This document shows, piece after piece, positions 1 through 9,980 of a stretch of 64,000 nt of DNA. Each line of letters opens with the position of its first letter. Positions within the stretch are counted from its first letter, which is position 1. The notes beneath the pieces were generated by a model. It was not told where the DNA came from, did not search any database, and saw nothing but the letters and a program-made list of their open reading frames with translations. The stretch comes from an uncultured Chloroflexia bacterium. GTDB taxonomy: Bacteria > Chloroflexota > Limnocylindria > Limnocylindrales > CSP1-4. A program made the position numbers and the translations under genes. The stretch spans positions 71,753 through 135,752 of the forward strand of contig CAVVJT010000005.1 in assembly GCA_963748625.1 (NCBI GenBank). Direction: 5' to 3'.

Positions 1-415
1 CCGCATAGAGCCCCGCCACGAAGGCGGCGATCGCCGCGCCGACGTGGGCGACCGCGAGGTTCATTGACGCGAGGAACAGCGGGCCGGCGAGCGTCGCGAG
101 CACGAGCAGCCGGACGGCGCGATGGGCAGCGGCGGGTCCGGGATTCGAGGCGTCGGGGGTGAGCGCTGGGGAAGCAGGCGGGGGCGCCGTGGCGCCAGGC
201 GCATCCGGCAGGGCCCCGGCCCGGTTGCCGCGCCCCCGCACGAGCACGATCGACCCGACCGCGATCGCCGCGAGCAGGCTCCGCCATGCCGCGGCCGGCA
301 CCGGCTGGAAGGCCGTCAGGGCGAACGAGGTCGCGACGTACGCGGACCCGAACCCCATGGCGGCCAGCGCAGCGAACAACTCTCCGCGGTGCCGCTGGGG
401 ACCTGCATCCCCCAC
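1..415 (-). CDS. EamA/DMT family transporter, 5' part (runs off window)
   Basis: Manual translation GELFAALAAMGFGSAYVATSFALTAFQPVPAAAWRSLLAA...LFLASMNLAVAHVGAAIAAFVAGLYA; GAGGAGG before GTG at 415. Confidence 0.8.
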   Translation of the reverse strand, partial: MGDAGPQRHRGELFAALAAMGFGSAYVATSFALTAFQPVPAAAWRSLLAAIAVGSIVLVRGRGNRAGALPDAPGATAPPPASPALTPDASNPGPAAAHRAVRLLVLATLAGPLFLASMNLAVAHVGAAIAAFVAGLYA

Positions 416-475
416 TCCCACCTCCTCGCCGACCCGGGTGCGAACCCACACGGGCCGGAAGGCGGCCCCGCTTGG

Positions 476-646
476 CTAGCGGTTCTTGCGGTTCCGGCGG
501 CGCAGGAACCAGGCGCCGAAGAAGCCGACCAGGGCGCCGCCGATCACCGCGATGGTGCTCTCGAGCAGGAACCCTCCGATGGGCAGGACGTCCATCACAA
601 GCATCAGGACCCACACGGACACGGCGGTCAGCAGGACAAGCGTCAT
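476..646 (-). CDS. Small two-TM membrane protein (56 aa)
   Basis: MTLVLLTAVSVWVLMLVMDVLPIGGFLLESTIAVIGGALVGFFGAWFLRRRNRKNR; AGGGAG RBS. Confidence 0.65.
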   Translation of the reverse strand: MTLVLLTAVSVWVLMLVMDVLPIGGFLLESTIAVIGGALVGFFGAWFLRRRNRKNR

Positions 647-879
647 GGTCGGATCTCCCTCCTCGACTTGGGCTGACTCACCCGGGTGCCCGACGACGCC
701 GGGGCATCAGATGGGCCGCCCGGACGTCCCGGCTCCCCCGGGGGAGCGGACGCGCACAGCCTACGCTGCCGCGACGCGGTCCGCGGGCCGGTCACGCCCG
801 CCGGGCCGGGGATTCGCCGGATCCCTGGGGACAATGGTGCTCCGGGTGACAGGCTCCTGGACGCAGCGCGCCATCGTCG

Positions 880-1338
880 TCAGGTTCCCCTGGGCGTCCG
901 CCCGGCCCGGGGATGCGTCCCGATGTTGAGTCCCGTGTTCACCGCGAACAGCACCATGAACACCGCCCACGCCGGCCGTGCGATGTTCCAGAGCGGCCAC
1001 CACATCCACATCTGTGCGAGGAAGTAGAGCACCAGGTAGGGGGCCAGCACCCGCCAGATGATCGGCGGGCCCCGCCACGGCCGCGGCCGCCACAGGTCGA
1101 CGGCCGCCCCGAAGATGGCCCACGCGGCCGTCAGCAGCGGCCCGATGGCGAGGCGCCAATCCGCACCGCTGGTGGCCAGCCACACGCCGACGACGACCCC
1201 GAGAGTACCGAGCGTGTAGACAGCCACGCCGACCGGGCCCGCGCGATGCGGCAGCCAGCGGTGCACAGCGAAGAACACGATGAGGGCGGCCTGCATCACG
1301 AGGCCGAAGCCCGCGAACACGAGTACCTGGCTGGTCAT
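880..1338 (-). CDS. Hypothetical multi-pass membrane protein
   Basis: About 5 hydrophobic segments from MTSQVLVFAGF; GGGAGA RBS. Confidence 0.7.
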   Translation of the reverse strand: MTSQVLVFAGFGLVMQAALIVFFAVHRWLPHRAGPVGVAVYTLGTLGVVVGVWLATSGADWRLAIGPLLTAAWAIFGAAVDLWRPRPWRGPPIIWRVLAPYLVLYFLAQMWMWWPLWNIARPAWAVFMVLFAVNTGLNIGTHPRAGRTPRGT

Positions 1339-1437
1339 GGTGTCTCCCGACATGCCGCTGGCGACCCGTGGCTGATCACCGCGGACGAGCGTGGCGAGTC
1401 GGGTCGTCGAGCGAAAGGGCCGGCGGTCGTGGTTCGG

Positions 1438-1872
1438 GCGGTCGGCGGTGTGCGGTGGCCGCCGCCTCCTCGTGTGCGCCACACGACGCGGGTCGCCGAG
1501 ATGGCACTCGCCCTGACCGCGGCCGTAGGCCGGATCGATGCCGCAGTCCGCCTCGGGATCCGCTTCCGGATCGGCATCCACTGCGGACCCGCGGTCGCGG
1601 GCGTGATCGGCACGCGGAAGTTCATCTACGACATCTGGGGCGACACCGTGAACCTCGCGAGCCGCATGGAGTCGCTCGGCGCGCCGGGGCGCATCCAGGT
1701 GACGCAGGCCGTGAAGGAGCGTCTCGACGGCCGCTTCGTGCTGGAGCCACGCGGGCTCATCGAGGTGAAGGGCAAGGGCCCCACGGCCGCGTGGTACCTC
1801 GTGGCCCGAGGCGGGTCACCGGTCGACGCCGCAGCGGCGCCCAAAGCCACCATCACATCTCCGGGCGCCTGA
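1438..1872 (+). pseudogene. C-terminal half of a class III adenylate/guanylate cyclase
   Basis: RIGIHCGPAVAGVIGTRKFIYDIWGDTVNLASRMES and IEVKGKG motifs present; N-terminal metal-binding Asp motifs absent. Confidence 0.7.
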
Positions 1873-1966
1873 CCGGCCCCTGCCCACACCGGCGGTCGCA
1901 GACGACCGGTGACAACGGAAGGCACCGGCATCCTGAACGACGACCGCGGACTACGATGGCTCTGCG

Positions 1967-2479
1967 ATGATGACCATCCTGCTCTCCGGCGACGGGTCAC
2001 CTGCCCGGTTCCCGGCCGTCACCGGCCGCTCGCTCCTGGGCGTGCAGCTGGCGCTCCCAGGCGACTTCCCCGCCGAGCGGACGCTGGCCGTCGTGGCGTT
2101 CCAGCAGTGGCACCAGGCCCGGGTGGACCGCTGGATCGCCCGCGCCGTCGACGCGGGCGTGCCGCCGACGCCGCGGGCTCACACCGGCGTGCTGCCCGCA
2201 GCGGTCGTGGAGCTGCCCGTCCTTGCCACGGCGTGGCGTCCCGTGCGGCGCTTCATCGACGGCGGGATGACGGCCGGCATCGGCGATCCGGACGTCCTCG
2301 CCCGCACGATCACGATCTACACGGATGTCGGGCGATTCCAGCGCGCTTTGGCCATTCCGGGCAGCGACGACGTCCATGCGCTGGTCGTGGGTCGCGACGG
2401 CACGATCCTCGCCCGCGGTTCCGGTGATCCGCAGGACCGCGAGTGGGACGGGATCCTCGCCGCGCTGCGGGCGGTGTGA
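1967..2479 (+). CDS. Hypothetical protein, possibly ATP10-like/thioredoxin fold
   Basis: FPAVTGRSLLG..LPGDF..VVAFQQWHQARVDRW..FIDGGMTAGI pattern. Confidence 0.65.
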   Translation: MMTILLSGDGSPARFPAVTGRSLLGVQLALPGDFPAERTLAVVAFQQWHQARVDRWIARAVDAGVPPTPRAHTGVLPAAVVELPVLATAWRPVRRFIDGGMTAGIGDPDVLARTITIYTDVGRFQRALAIPGSDDVHALVVGRDGTILARGSGDPQDREWDGILAALRAV

Positions 2480-2620
2480 GCTGCGGGGATTGGGCGGGGA
2501 TCGGGCTGGGAGCGCAGTGCAGGGGCGCGACGGCAACCCTCGCGGACGTGCCCTTGACGACGCGGCGGGGAGCTCCTCGCCGGAACTCCCCGCCGGATGG
2601 TGATCCGTCAGTCGCGCTGC

Positions 2621-3151
2621 TCAGCGCTCGAGGCAGGCGTTGATCCCCATGAGCCGGTCGCCGGCGCTGAAGCGCAGCTCCAGCGAGCCGAAGGGCATGC
2701 CCCGGTACATGTACACGAAGGTCGGCGTGCCGTAGATGGAGGTGATGCGGTTGGGCTCGCCGAGCTTCCCGCGCACGTCGGCAATCGAGTCGCCCCAGAC
2801 CAGGCCCATCGGCAGGGTGCCCCGGTACGCATCGACGACATCCGAGTCATTGAGCGCATGGAGCGAGACAACGTCGACCGTGCCGTCACTCGCCACGATG
2901 GCATTCCAGTCGCCGCAGAAGGCCGCCGTGGCGCTGCCAACCTGCAGCGGGGCGGTGGCGCAACCGGACAGGTCAGCCTTGGTTCCGAGCTGGGAGATCG
3001 GGCTGAGCACGCTCCGGTCTCCCCGGGTTACGCCGTCTGCAATCGCACCGCCCGCATGGACGAGGAGCAGCGACCACAGCACGAGGCTGCAGGCTGCAAT
3101 GGCGATCATGGACGGGCGGCCCCAGTGGGAGTCGCGAACTGCGGTGCTCAT
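2621..3151 (-). CDS. Hypothetical exported protein
   Basis: N-terminal hydrophobic segment; GGGAGG RBS. Confidence 0.6.
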   Translation of the reverse strand: MSTAVRDSHWGRPSMIAIAACSLVLWSLLLVHAGGAIADGVTRGDRSVLSPISQLGTKADLSGCATAPLQVGSATAAFCGDWNAIVASDGTVDVVSLHALNDSDVVDAYRGTLPMGLVWGDSIADVRGKLGEPNRITSIYGTPTFVYMYRGMPFGSLELRFSAGDRLMGINACLER

Positions 3152-3241
3152 GAAGCACCTCCCCGAGTTGTGGCGATGTGCGCATACCGACTATGACCCA
3201 GCCGATTGTCGAGGCGCAGGGCCGAGTGGGTCCGTGTGGAA

Positions 3242-3319
3242 GCCGGAGGTCCCCCAGCAGGGCCGTCCGGCAGGCCGTGAACGGGCCGCGGACGTGCCGG
3301 AGGTCCCCCAGCAGGGCCG
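3242..3319 (+). repeat. Direct repeat GCCGGAGGTCCCCCAGCAGGGCCG x2
   Basis: Copies at 3242-3265 and 3296-3319, intergenic. Confidence 0.8.
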
Positions 3320-3363
3320 GGCGCTGGCGATCCGGCCGTCGACGGCGCCGCTCGCCGGACCGG

Positions 3364-4924
3364 TCAGGACCCGCCCGTGATCTCCCGCTTCCGGCGCTCC
3401 ACGAAGGCATCGAGCGCCTCGGCGCGGTCGGGCGCGAGGGCCGGCGGCTCGTAGTCGGCGAGCAGGCGCTTCCACACTCCGCGCGCCCGCTCGGTCGCCG
3501 TCCGCGCCCCGTCCTCCTGCCAGGCCTCGAACGTCCGCCCGTCCGAGAGGATCGGCCGGTAGAAGGCGGTCTCGAAGCGGGCGATGGTGTGCGCCGATCC
3601 GAAGAAGTGGCCGCCCGGGCCCACCTCGGCGATGGCATCGAGGCCCAGTGTGTCGTCGGAGACCTCGATGGGCGCCAGGACTTCGGCGATCTGCTGGAGC
3701 ATCTCCGCGTCCAGGACGAGCTTCTCAAAGGAGGCCGTCAGGCCACCCTCCAGCCACCCCGCACCCTGGTAGAGCAGGTTCGCGCCTGCGGTCACCGCGC
3801 CCCAGATCGACATCCCGCTCTCGTACGCGGCCTGCGCATCCACCACGGCCGACGACGTGACGTTGGAGGTCCGCCACGGCAGGCCCACCCGCCGGGCGAG
3901 CTGCCCGGTCGCCAGCTGGGCCTTGACGTACTCGGGCGTCCCGAACGCAGGCGACCCGGTGCGCATGTCCACGTTGGACGTGAAACCGCCGTAGACCATG
4001 GGTGCGCCCGGCCGGGCGAGCTGCGCGAGCGCCACCATGAAGAGTGCCTCGGCATGCTGCTGGGCGAGCGCGCCCGCCAGCGTCGCCGGGGTCATCGCGC
4101 CCGCCAGCGTGAACGGGGTGGCCACGGTGGCCTGCCCGTGCTCGGCGAGCGCGATCAGCCCGTCGGACATGGGCCCGTCCAGGCGCAGCGGGGAGTTGGT
4201 GTTGACCACCGCCATCAGGGCCGGCTCGCGGGCGAGTGCGTCCCGGTCGGTGTCGAGCGTGATGCACGCGACCTCGACGGCGTCCTCTACCGGGCCCCGG
4301 CCGAAGGCGAAGCACTGCCAGGACTTGTCGAGCAGGGTGGCCAAGGTCCGGTAGAGGTCCAGGTGCCGCGTGGCCACCGGGAGATCCTGCGCCTCGACGG
4401 GGCCGCCCCCCTCCTGGTGGATGACGTCGAGCGCGCCGATCACCCGCACGTAGGCCTCGAGGTCCGCCAGCGTGCCCGGGCGCCGACCACGGTCAAGGTC
4501 GGACACGAAGGCCGGTCCGCCCACCGACGAGAAGACCAGGTGCCGCCTCGCCGAACACGAGGGCCCGCTCCGGGTTGCGGGCGCGCAGGCCGAAGCGCGA
4601 CGGAGCGAGCGCGACGAGGGCATCCACCTGCTCCGGCTCCAGCCGCACCCGCCCGGCGTGGCCGCGCGCACCGTCCTCCCGTTCGACCCGCGCCCCGCCC
4701 CCGTCGAACAGGTCCAAGTGCCCGCCCGCCCAGCACCTCCATCCCGACGTCGCGCAGGAGCGAGAGCGCGGCCCGGTGGATCGTCGTCGACCTGGTCAGC
4801 GGAGAGGATCTCGAGCGGCCGGAAGGGGTTGACGAGGCGGCGCCAGCCCTTGAACTGGGATGACGCCGGTGGCCCAGCGCTCGCCCCGGGAGCGGCGCGG
4901 CACGGGAGCGGTCGGGTCGGACAT
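3364..4924 (-). CDS. Trimethylamine methyltransferase (MttB) family protein, non-pyrrolysine; frameshifted at about 4550-4830
   Basis: NTNSPLRLD, TPFTLAGAMTPATLAG, NVDMRTGSPAFGTPE, AGWLEGGL, VGPGGHFFG motifs. Confidence 0.9.
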
Positions 4925-4982
4925 GGGTGAACGATAGCCGCAGGACGGAACCGGCCACCACGCCGGACCGCCCGATGCCACC

Positions 4983-7435
4983 ATGTCGCCCATGCGCAAC
5001 CAGTACCGGGTCGTGATCATCGGCGGTGGCATCGTCGGGGCCAGCGTCGCCTACCACCTCGCTCTGCGGGGCATCACCGACGTCCTGCTCGTGGAGCGCG
5101 ACCGGCTCACGGCGGGCTCGTCGTGGCACGCGGCCGGCGGCTTCCACGCCATCAACCCGGATCGCCGCGTGGCCGAGCTGCAGCGCTACACGATCGAGCG
5201 CTACCCGCTGATCGAGGCGGAGTCCGGCCAGGCACTGGGACTCAAGATGTCCGGCGGCGTGGAGCTGGCCGCGACCGCGGACCGCTTCCGCTGGCTCCAC
5301 GCGGAGCGGTCGCACCTCCGCGCCCGCGGCCACCAGGGCGCCGAGCTCCTGACCCCGTCCGAGGTGGCCGACCTGGTCCCCATCATCAACCCCGACGGCC
5401 TCCACGGCGCGCTCTTCGACCCCGACGAGGGCAACCTCGACCCGGTCGGCGCGGTGATGGCCTACGCGGGCGCCGCCAAGGCACGTGGCGTGGAGATCGT
5501 CCAGGGCAACCGGGTGACCGCGCTGGCCCCGCGCACGGAGGGCGGCTGGACGGTGGCCACCGAGCAGGGCGACATCACCTGCGAGCACGTGGTGAACGCG
5601 GCCGGCCTGTGGGCCCGGCGCGTCGGGCGGATGGCAGGCGTGGAGCACCCGGTGGTCCCGTTCGCGCACCACTACATGGTCACCGACGAGATCCCGGCCA
5701 TCGCCGCGCGGCCGGGCCTGATGCCGGCGGTCACCGACCTCGAGGGCTGCACCTACCTGCATCGCGAGGGCAACGGCGTGGTGCTGGGCGTGTACGAGAA
5801 GGACATCGCCCACTGGGCCACCGACGGCGCGCCGTGGGACTTCGGCCAGCAGTTGCTGCCGGAGGACGATCGACCGGATCGCGCCCGAGCTCGAAGCTCG
5901 CCTTCCACCGCTTCCCGGCGATCGGCGAGACGGGGATCAAGCGCTGGGTCTGTGGGCCGTTCACGGCAACCCCGGACGGGAATCCGCTCGTTGGCCCCAT
6001 CGACGGCAGGCCAGGCTACTGGGCGGCGTGCGGCGTGTTCGCCGGGTTCAGCCAGTGCGCGGGCATCGGCCTCGTGGCTGGCCAACTGGATCGTGGACGG
6101 CGAACCCGGCCTGGACGCCTTCGGGATGGACCCGGCACGCTTCGCCGACTGGGCCGCGGAGGATTCGTACCTGCTGCCGATGACGGCGCAGTTCATCTCG
6201 CGGCGCTTCACGATCGCCTACCCCAACGAGACGCTGCCGGCCACGCGTCCGCTGCACACGACGCCGGCCTTCGAGGCGCTCACGGTGGCGGGCGCGAGCT
6301 TCGGCGTCAACTGGGGCCTCGAGACCGCGCGATTCCTCTCCACGGACCCCGGCTTCGAGGAGGCGGCAACATTCGGGCGGTCCAACGCAAGCCGCTTCGT
6401 CGCCGACGAGGTGGCGGCTGTGCGCACCGCCGCGGGCATCGTCGAGATCGCGCAGTACGCGCGGTACCTGGTCGAGGGCCCGGGGGCCGGGACCTGGCTT
6501 GACGGCCTCGTCGCAGGTCGCCTGCCGGCGCTCGGACGGATCCGCCTGGCGCCCATGCTGGGCCGGACAGGACGTCTCATGGGCGATCTCTCGCTGGCGC
6601 GCATCGCGCCGGAGCGCTTCATCATCACCGCGTCCTACCACCTGCAGGCCTGGCACATGCGCTGGTTCCACGCGCATCTGCCGGCGTCCGGTGTCCGGGT
6701 GACGAACCTCACCGATTCGCTCTCGGGCTTCGCGCTCGCGGGGCCGGCCTCCCGCGACGTGCTGGCGGCGCTCGTGGCGGCTGCGGACCGCGACGCCGCG
6801 GTGGCACTCCCGTTGTTCGGCATCACCGGCCTGCGCATCCCGGCAGCGGGCGGGGTCATCGCCGACGTCGGGCGGATCGGGCTCACCGGGCGAGCTGGGC
6901 TACGAGCTGGTCGTGCCGGCCGACCACCATCTCGCGCTGCTACGAGGCCCTCCTGGCGACCGGCGCGCCCCACGGCCTCCGCGTCTACGGCGACCTCGCC
7001 TTCGACGTGCTGCGCCTCGAGCGGGGATACGGCATCTGGGCCGCCGAGTTCCGGCGGGACGTGACGCCTGCCGAGTGCGGGCTCGACCGGTTCGTCGCCT
7101 TCGACAAGGGCGAGTTCATCGGGCGGGACGCGGCCCTCGCCGAGCGCGGGGCAGGGCCGGCGCGTCGCCTGGTGCTCCTGGCGGTGGATGCCGCCGATGC
7201 CGATGCCGGCTCCGACGACCCGGTCCGCACGGCCGACGGCGCGCTCGTTGGGGAGGTGACCTCGGGCGGGTTCGGGCACACGGTCGGGCGGAGCCTGGCG
7301 CTCGCCTACGTGGAGCGCGAGGTGGCCGACGCGCGCCCGGCGCTCGTGGTGGAGGTCATGGGCGAGGACCGCGCCGCGCGGATCCTGCCCGAGCCCCCGT
7401 ACGACCCGTCCGGCGCTCGGATGCGGGCCGGCTGA
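4983..7435 (+). CDS. GcvT-family FAD dehydrogenase (dimethylglycine dehydrogenase-like); frameshifted
   Basis: IIGGGIVG, GSSWHAAG, TPDGNPLVGP, LRLERGY, GEVTSGGFG, PYDPSG across 3 frames. Confidence 0.9.
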
Positions 7436-7515
7436 GCCGGGGATCCCGCCCCCGGCTCCGGTCGCGCGGTCGGGCGCGGGTCGGGCGTGGGGATGCGCGA
7501 CGGGTGACCGGGCGC

Positions 7516-8709
7516 TCAGTACGTCACGGTGCCGCCGGCGCCGGCGACCACGCCCGGCCGGCCCAGCCGGTAGGGGTTGCGCTCGTCGTCAGGCTCGACT
7601 CCCGTCACGATCGCCGCCAGGCGCCGCCCGGCTTCCGGCCCACCCTCGATGCCCCAGCCGTTGTCGGCGGCGTGGAGATAGAGCCCGGATACCGCGCACC
7701 CGCCCAGGATCGGCAGCCCGTCGGCGGTGCACGTGTACTGGCCCGCCGCGAGGTTGAGCTCGGCCGCCGTCAACCGGTCTGCGATCGCGCTCCAGAACGG
7801 CACCGCGCGGCTGGCCGCGTCCATCACCACCGCGGGGAACGTCCAGTCCGTTGGCACCGGGTCGGACGGCTCCGTGCCGGGCTCGTCGAGACCCATGCCC
7901 AGGAACGCTCCCCCACCCTCCGGGCGCCAGTACGCGTGCGTGTCAACGTCGAGCGTCATGGGGCCGTCGGCCGGGATCTCGGGCTGGGGCGTGACCATCG
8001 CCCGGTGGCGGCGGACCATGGTCACCGGCAGGTCGATCCCCGCGGTCGCCGTCAGGCGCCGTGCGTACGGCCCGGCGGCGATCACGACCCGCGGCGTGGA
8101 GATCGGGCCGCGACTCGTCTCGACTCCGGTCACGCGGCCGGCCTCCACGGATATCCCCGTAACCCCCACGCCCGTGTGCACCGACGCCCCCGAGGCGCGC
8201 AGCAGGCCCCGCACCACCTCGTACGGGGAGACCCATCCGTCGCGTGCCCGGAACGTGGCGGCGGTCACGGGCTCCGCGACCCACGGGAAGCGGCGGCGGA
8301 CCTCGTCGCCCACCAGCAGCTCGGCATCGGTGGTCCCGAAGCCGTGACTCGCCGCCACGAACCGCCCGAACGTGGCCGGGCCATCGGCCGCGGACGTCAG
8401 GAACAGCCAGCCCTGCGGGCGCAGGCCGATCTCCCACCCCGGCAACCCGGTCTCCGCCTCGAACGACTCGTAGAAACGCACGCTCGGGATGACCAGGGCG
8501 GCGTGGTCGGCCTCCTCCCATTGGGCCCGGTAGCAGGCAACGGCCTGCGCGGTGGTGAGGGCGGCCAGCTGCGGCGCACGCTCGACCACCACGACGGACA
8601 GCCCTTGGCGGGCGAGGAAGAAGGCGTCCGTAGCCCCCGCGATCCCCCCGCCGATCACGACGACGTCCGTCGTGGCAGGGAGCTCTCCACCGATGCCCAC
8701 GTTGACCAC
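7516..8709 (-). CDS. FAD-dependent oxidoreductase (sarcosine oxidase beta/DAO-like)
   Basis: VVVIGGGIAG, VVIAAGPY, GQYTCTADGLPILG; GGAGG before GTG. Confidence 0.85.
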   Translation of the reverse strand: MVNVGIGGELPATTDVVVIGGGIAGATDAFFLARQGLSVVVVERAPQLAALTTAQAVACYRAQWEEADHAALVIPSVRFYESFEAETGLPGWEIGLRPQGWLFLTSAADGPATFGRFVAASHGFGTTDAELLVGDEVRRRFPWVAEPVTAATFRARDGWVSPYEVVRGLLRASGASVHTGVGVTGISVEAGRVTGVETSRGPISTPRVVIAAGPYARRLTATAGIDLPVTMVRRHRAMVTPQPEIPADGPMTLDVDTHAYWRPEGGGAFLGMGLDEPGTEPSDPVPTDWTFPAVVMDAASRAVPFWSAIADRLTAAELNLAAGQYTCTADGLPILGGCAVSGLYLHAADNGWGIEGGPEAGRRLAAIVTGVEPDDERNPYRLGRPGVVAGAGGTVTY

Positions 8710-8714
8710 CGGCG

Positions 8715-9980
8715 TCAGCCCTCCAGGACGACGTGGATCTGGCCCGACCCGTCCACCGAGACCGGGATCTGCGGCAGCGGCGCGGGCGGTGGCCCGCCGA
8801 GCACCGCGGCAGCGTTGGCGGGATCGAAGCGGCCCAGATGGCAGGGGCAGACGAGCTCCTCCACCGACGGGTCGAACGCGACAGTGCACCGGCCATGGGG
8901 GCACGTGGCGTTGTAGGCGACGAAGCGGCCGTCGGCCAGCTGCACCAGCACGCCCGGACCGCCAGGGCCGAGGGCGAATGGCATCTCGTTGGGCACCGTG
9001 AAGCCGATGCCGGTGTTGGGACCGAGGTCGGACACACTCGCGATGACGGGGCCTGCGGTGCCGCCCACGGCACTGGGGGCCGGCGTGGGCGGGGCGGTGG
9101 GCGTGGCGGTGGGTGCGGCCGTGGCGGCGGCGGTGGCGGCGGTCGTCGGGGCAGCCGTGGGGCCACCCGTTGGAGCCGGGGTCGCGGTGGTGGCCGTGGG
9201 TGCGGCCGTGGGCGACGGCGTCCTGGCGGCTCCCCCACCCGATGCAGCCTCGTCCGCGCCAAGGGCTCGAAGGCGGGACATGGCGCCAGCCGTGAAGACC
9301 GTCAGCGCGGCCAGGACGCCCACTTGCAGGAGGGCCCGGCGAGCGGGCGAGATCGCCCGGGGCGTTCCGTCGGCCGCATCGCCGGCGTGGTCGCGAGCAT
9401 CGGATGCCTTCCTGTGACCACCATCAGTCGGCTGCCCGTCATCGGTCGGCTGCCCGTCATCGGTCGGCTGCCCGTCATCGGCCGACTGTCTGCCCCGGTC
9501 GCCCTTGGACGGCCACGGGTCGATCACCAGCAGGTGCCCGTGACCTGCCAGCGCGAGCGTCAGGAAGCCGAACGCGTACGGGAGGTCGGGGCTGAAGAAG
9601 TACGGCGCGATCGACCACGAGGCCGTGAGCCAGAACAGGATCGACAGGGCGAAGCCGGCCCACGCGGACAGCCGGTACGCCAGGCCGGTGAGCAAGCCGA
9701 TGCCGATCGCCAGCTCCCCAAGGGCGATGAGCGCCCCGATCGGGATCGCCAGCGGCAGCGCCGCCTCGATGAGCGGCGCCAGCGGCGAGAAGCGCAGGTA
9801 GCCCTCCATCTGCGCGGCGACGGAGAACGGGTCCGAGGCCTCGAAGAAGTGAGGGCTGATGAGCTTGTCGATGCCCGCGTAGAGGTACGTGAGCCCGAGG
9901 AAGACCCGGAGGGGCAGGAGGGCGGCGGCGGCGATCGGCCGGCCTTCGAGGCGGGCGGCCCGCTGGTCCCGCTGCGTCAA
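8715..9980 (-). CDS. DoxX/TQO-small-subunit membrane domain fused to Rieske 2Fe-2S domain
   Basis: LRVFLGLTYLYAGIDKL, GELAIGIGLLTG; internal RRALL; CPHGRC and CPCHLGRFD; TTG start overlapping upstream stop, with GGAGG. Confidence 0.85.
   Translation of the reverse strand: MTQRDQRAARLEGRPIAAAALLPLRVFLGLTYLYAGIDKLISPHFFEASDPFSVAAQMEGYLRFSPLAPLIEAALPLAIPIGALIALGELAIGIGLLTGLAYRLSAWAGFALSILFWLTASWSIAPYFFSPDLPYAFGFLTLALAGHGHLLVIDPWPSKGDRGRQSADDGQPTDDGQPTDDGQPTDGGHRKASDARDHAGDAADGTPRAISPARRALLQVGVLAALTVFTAGAMSRLRALGADEAASGGGAARTPSPTAAPTATTATPAPTGGPTAAPTTAATAAATAAPTATPTAPPTPAPSAVGGTAGPVIASVSDLGPNTGIGFTVPNEMPFALGPGGPGVLVQLADGRFVAYNATCPHGRCTVAFDPSVEELVCPCHLGRFDPANAAAVLGGPPPAPLPQIPVSVDGSGQIHVVLEG
9421..9482 (-). 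repeat. In-frame 18-bp tandem repeat encoding DDGQPT x3
   Basis: TCGGCTGCCCGTCATCGG iterated in the linker. Confidence 0.85.

Noticed and set aside
3850-3880. Pyrrolysine codon in MttB
   Set aside because: No in-frame TAG; the corresponding segment reads TSNVTSS
4500-7000. Frameshifts as pseudogenes or programmed frameshifting (also 20140, 21405, 25200-30100, 56160, 57625, 60780-63900)
   Set aside because: Single-base indels are clustered in patches across unrelated genes with intact motifs and no obvious slippery sites; sequencing or assembly error is more likely
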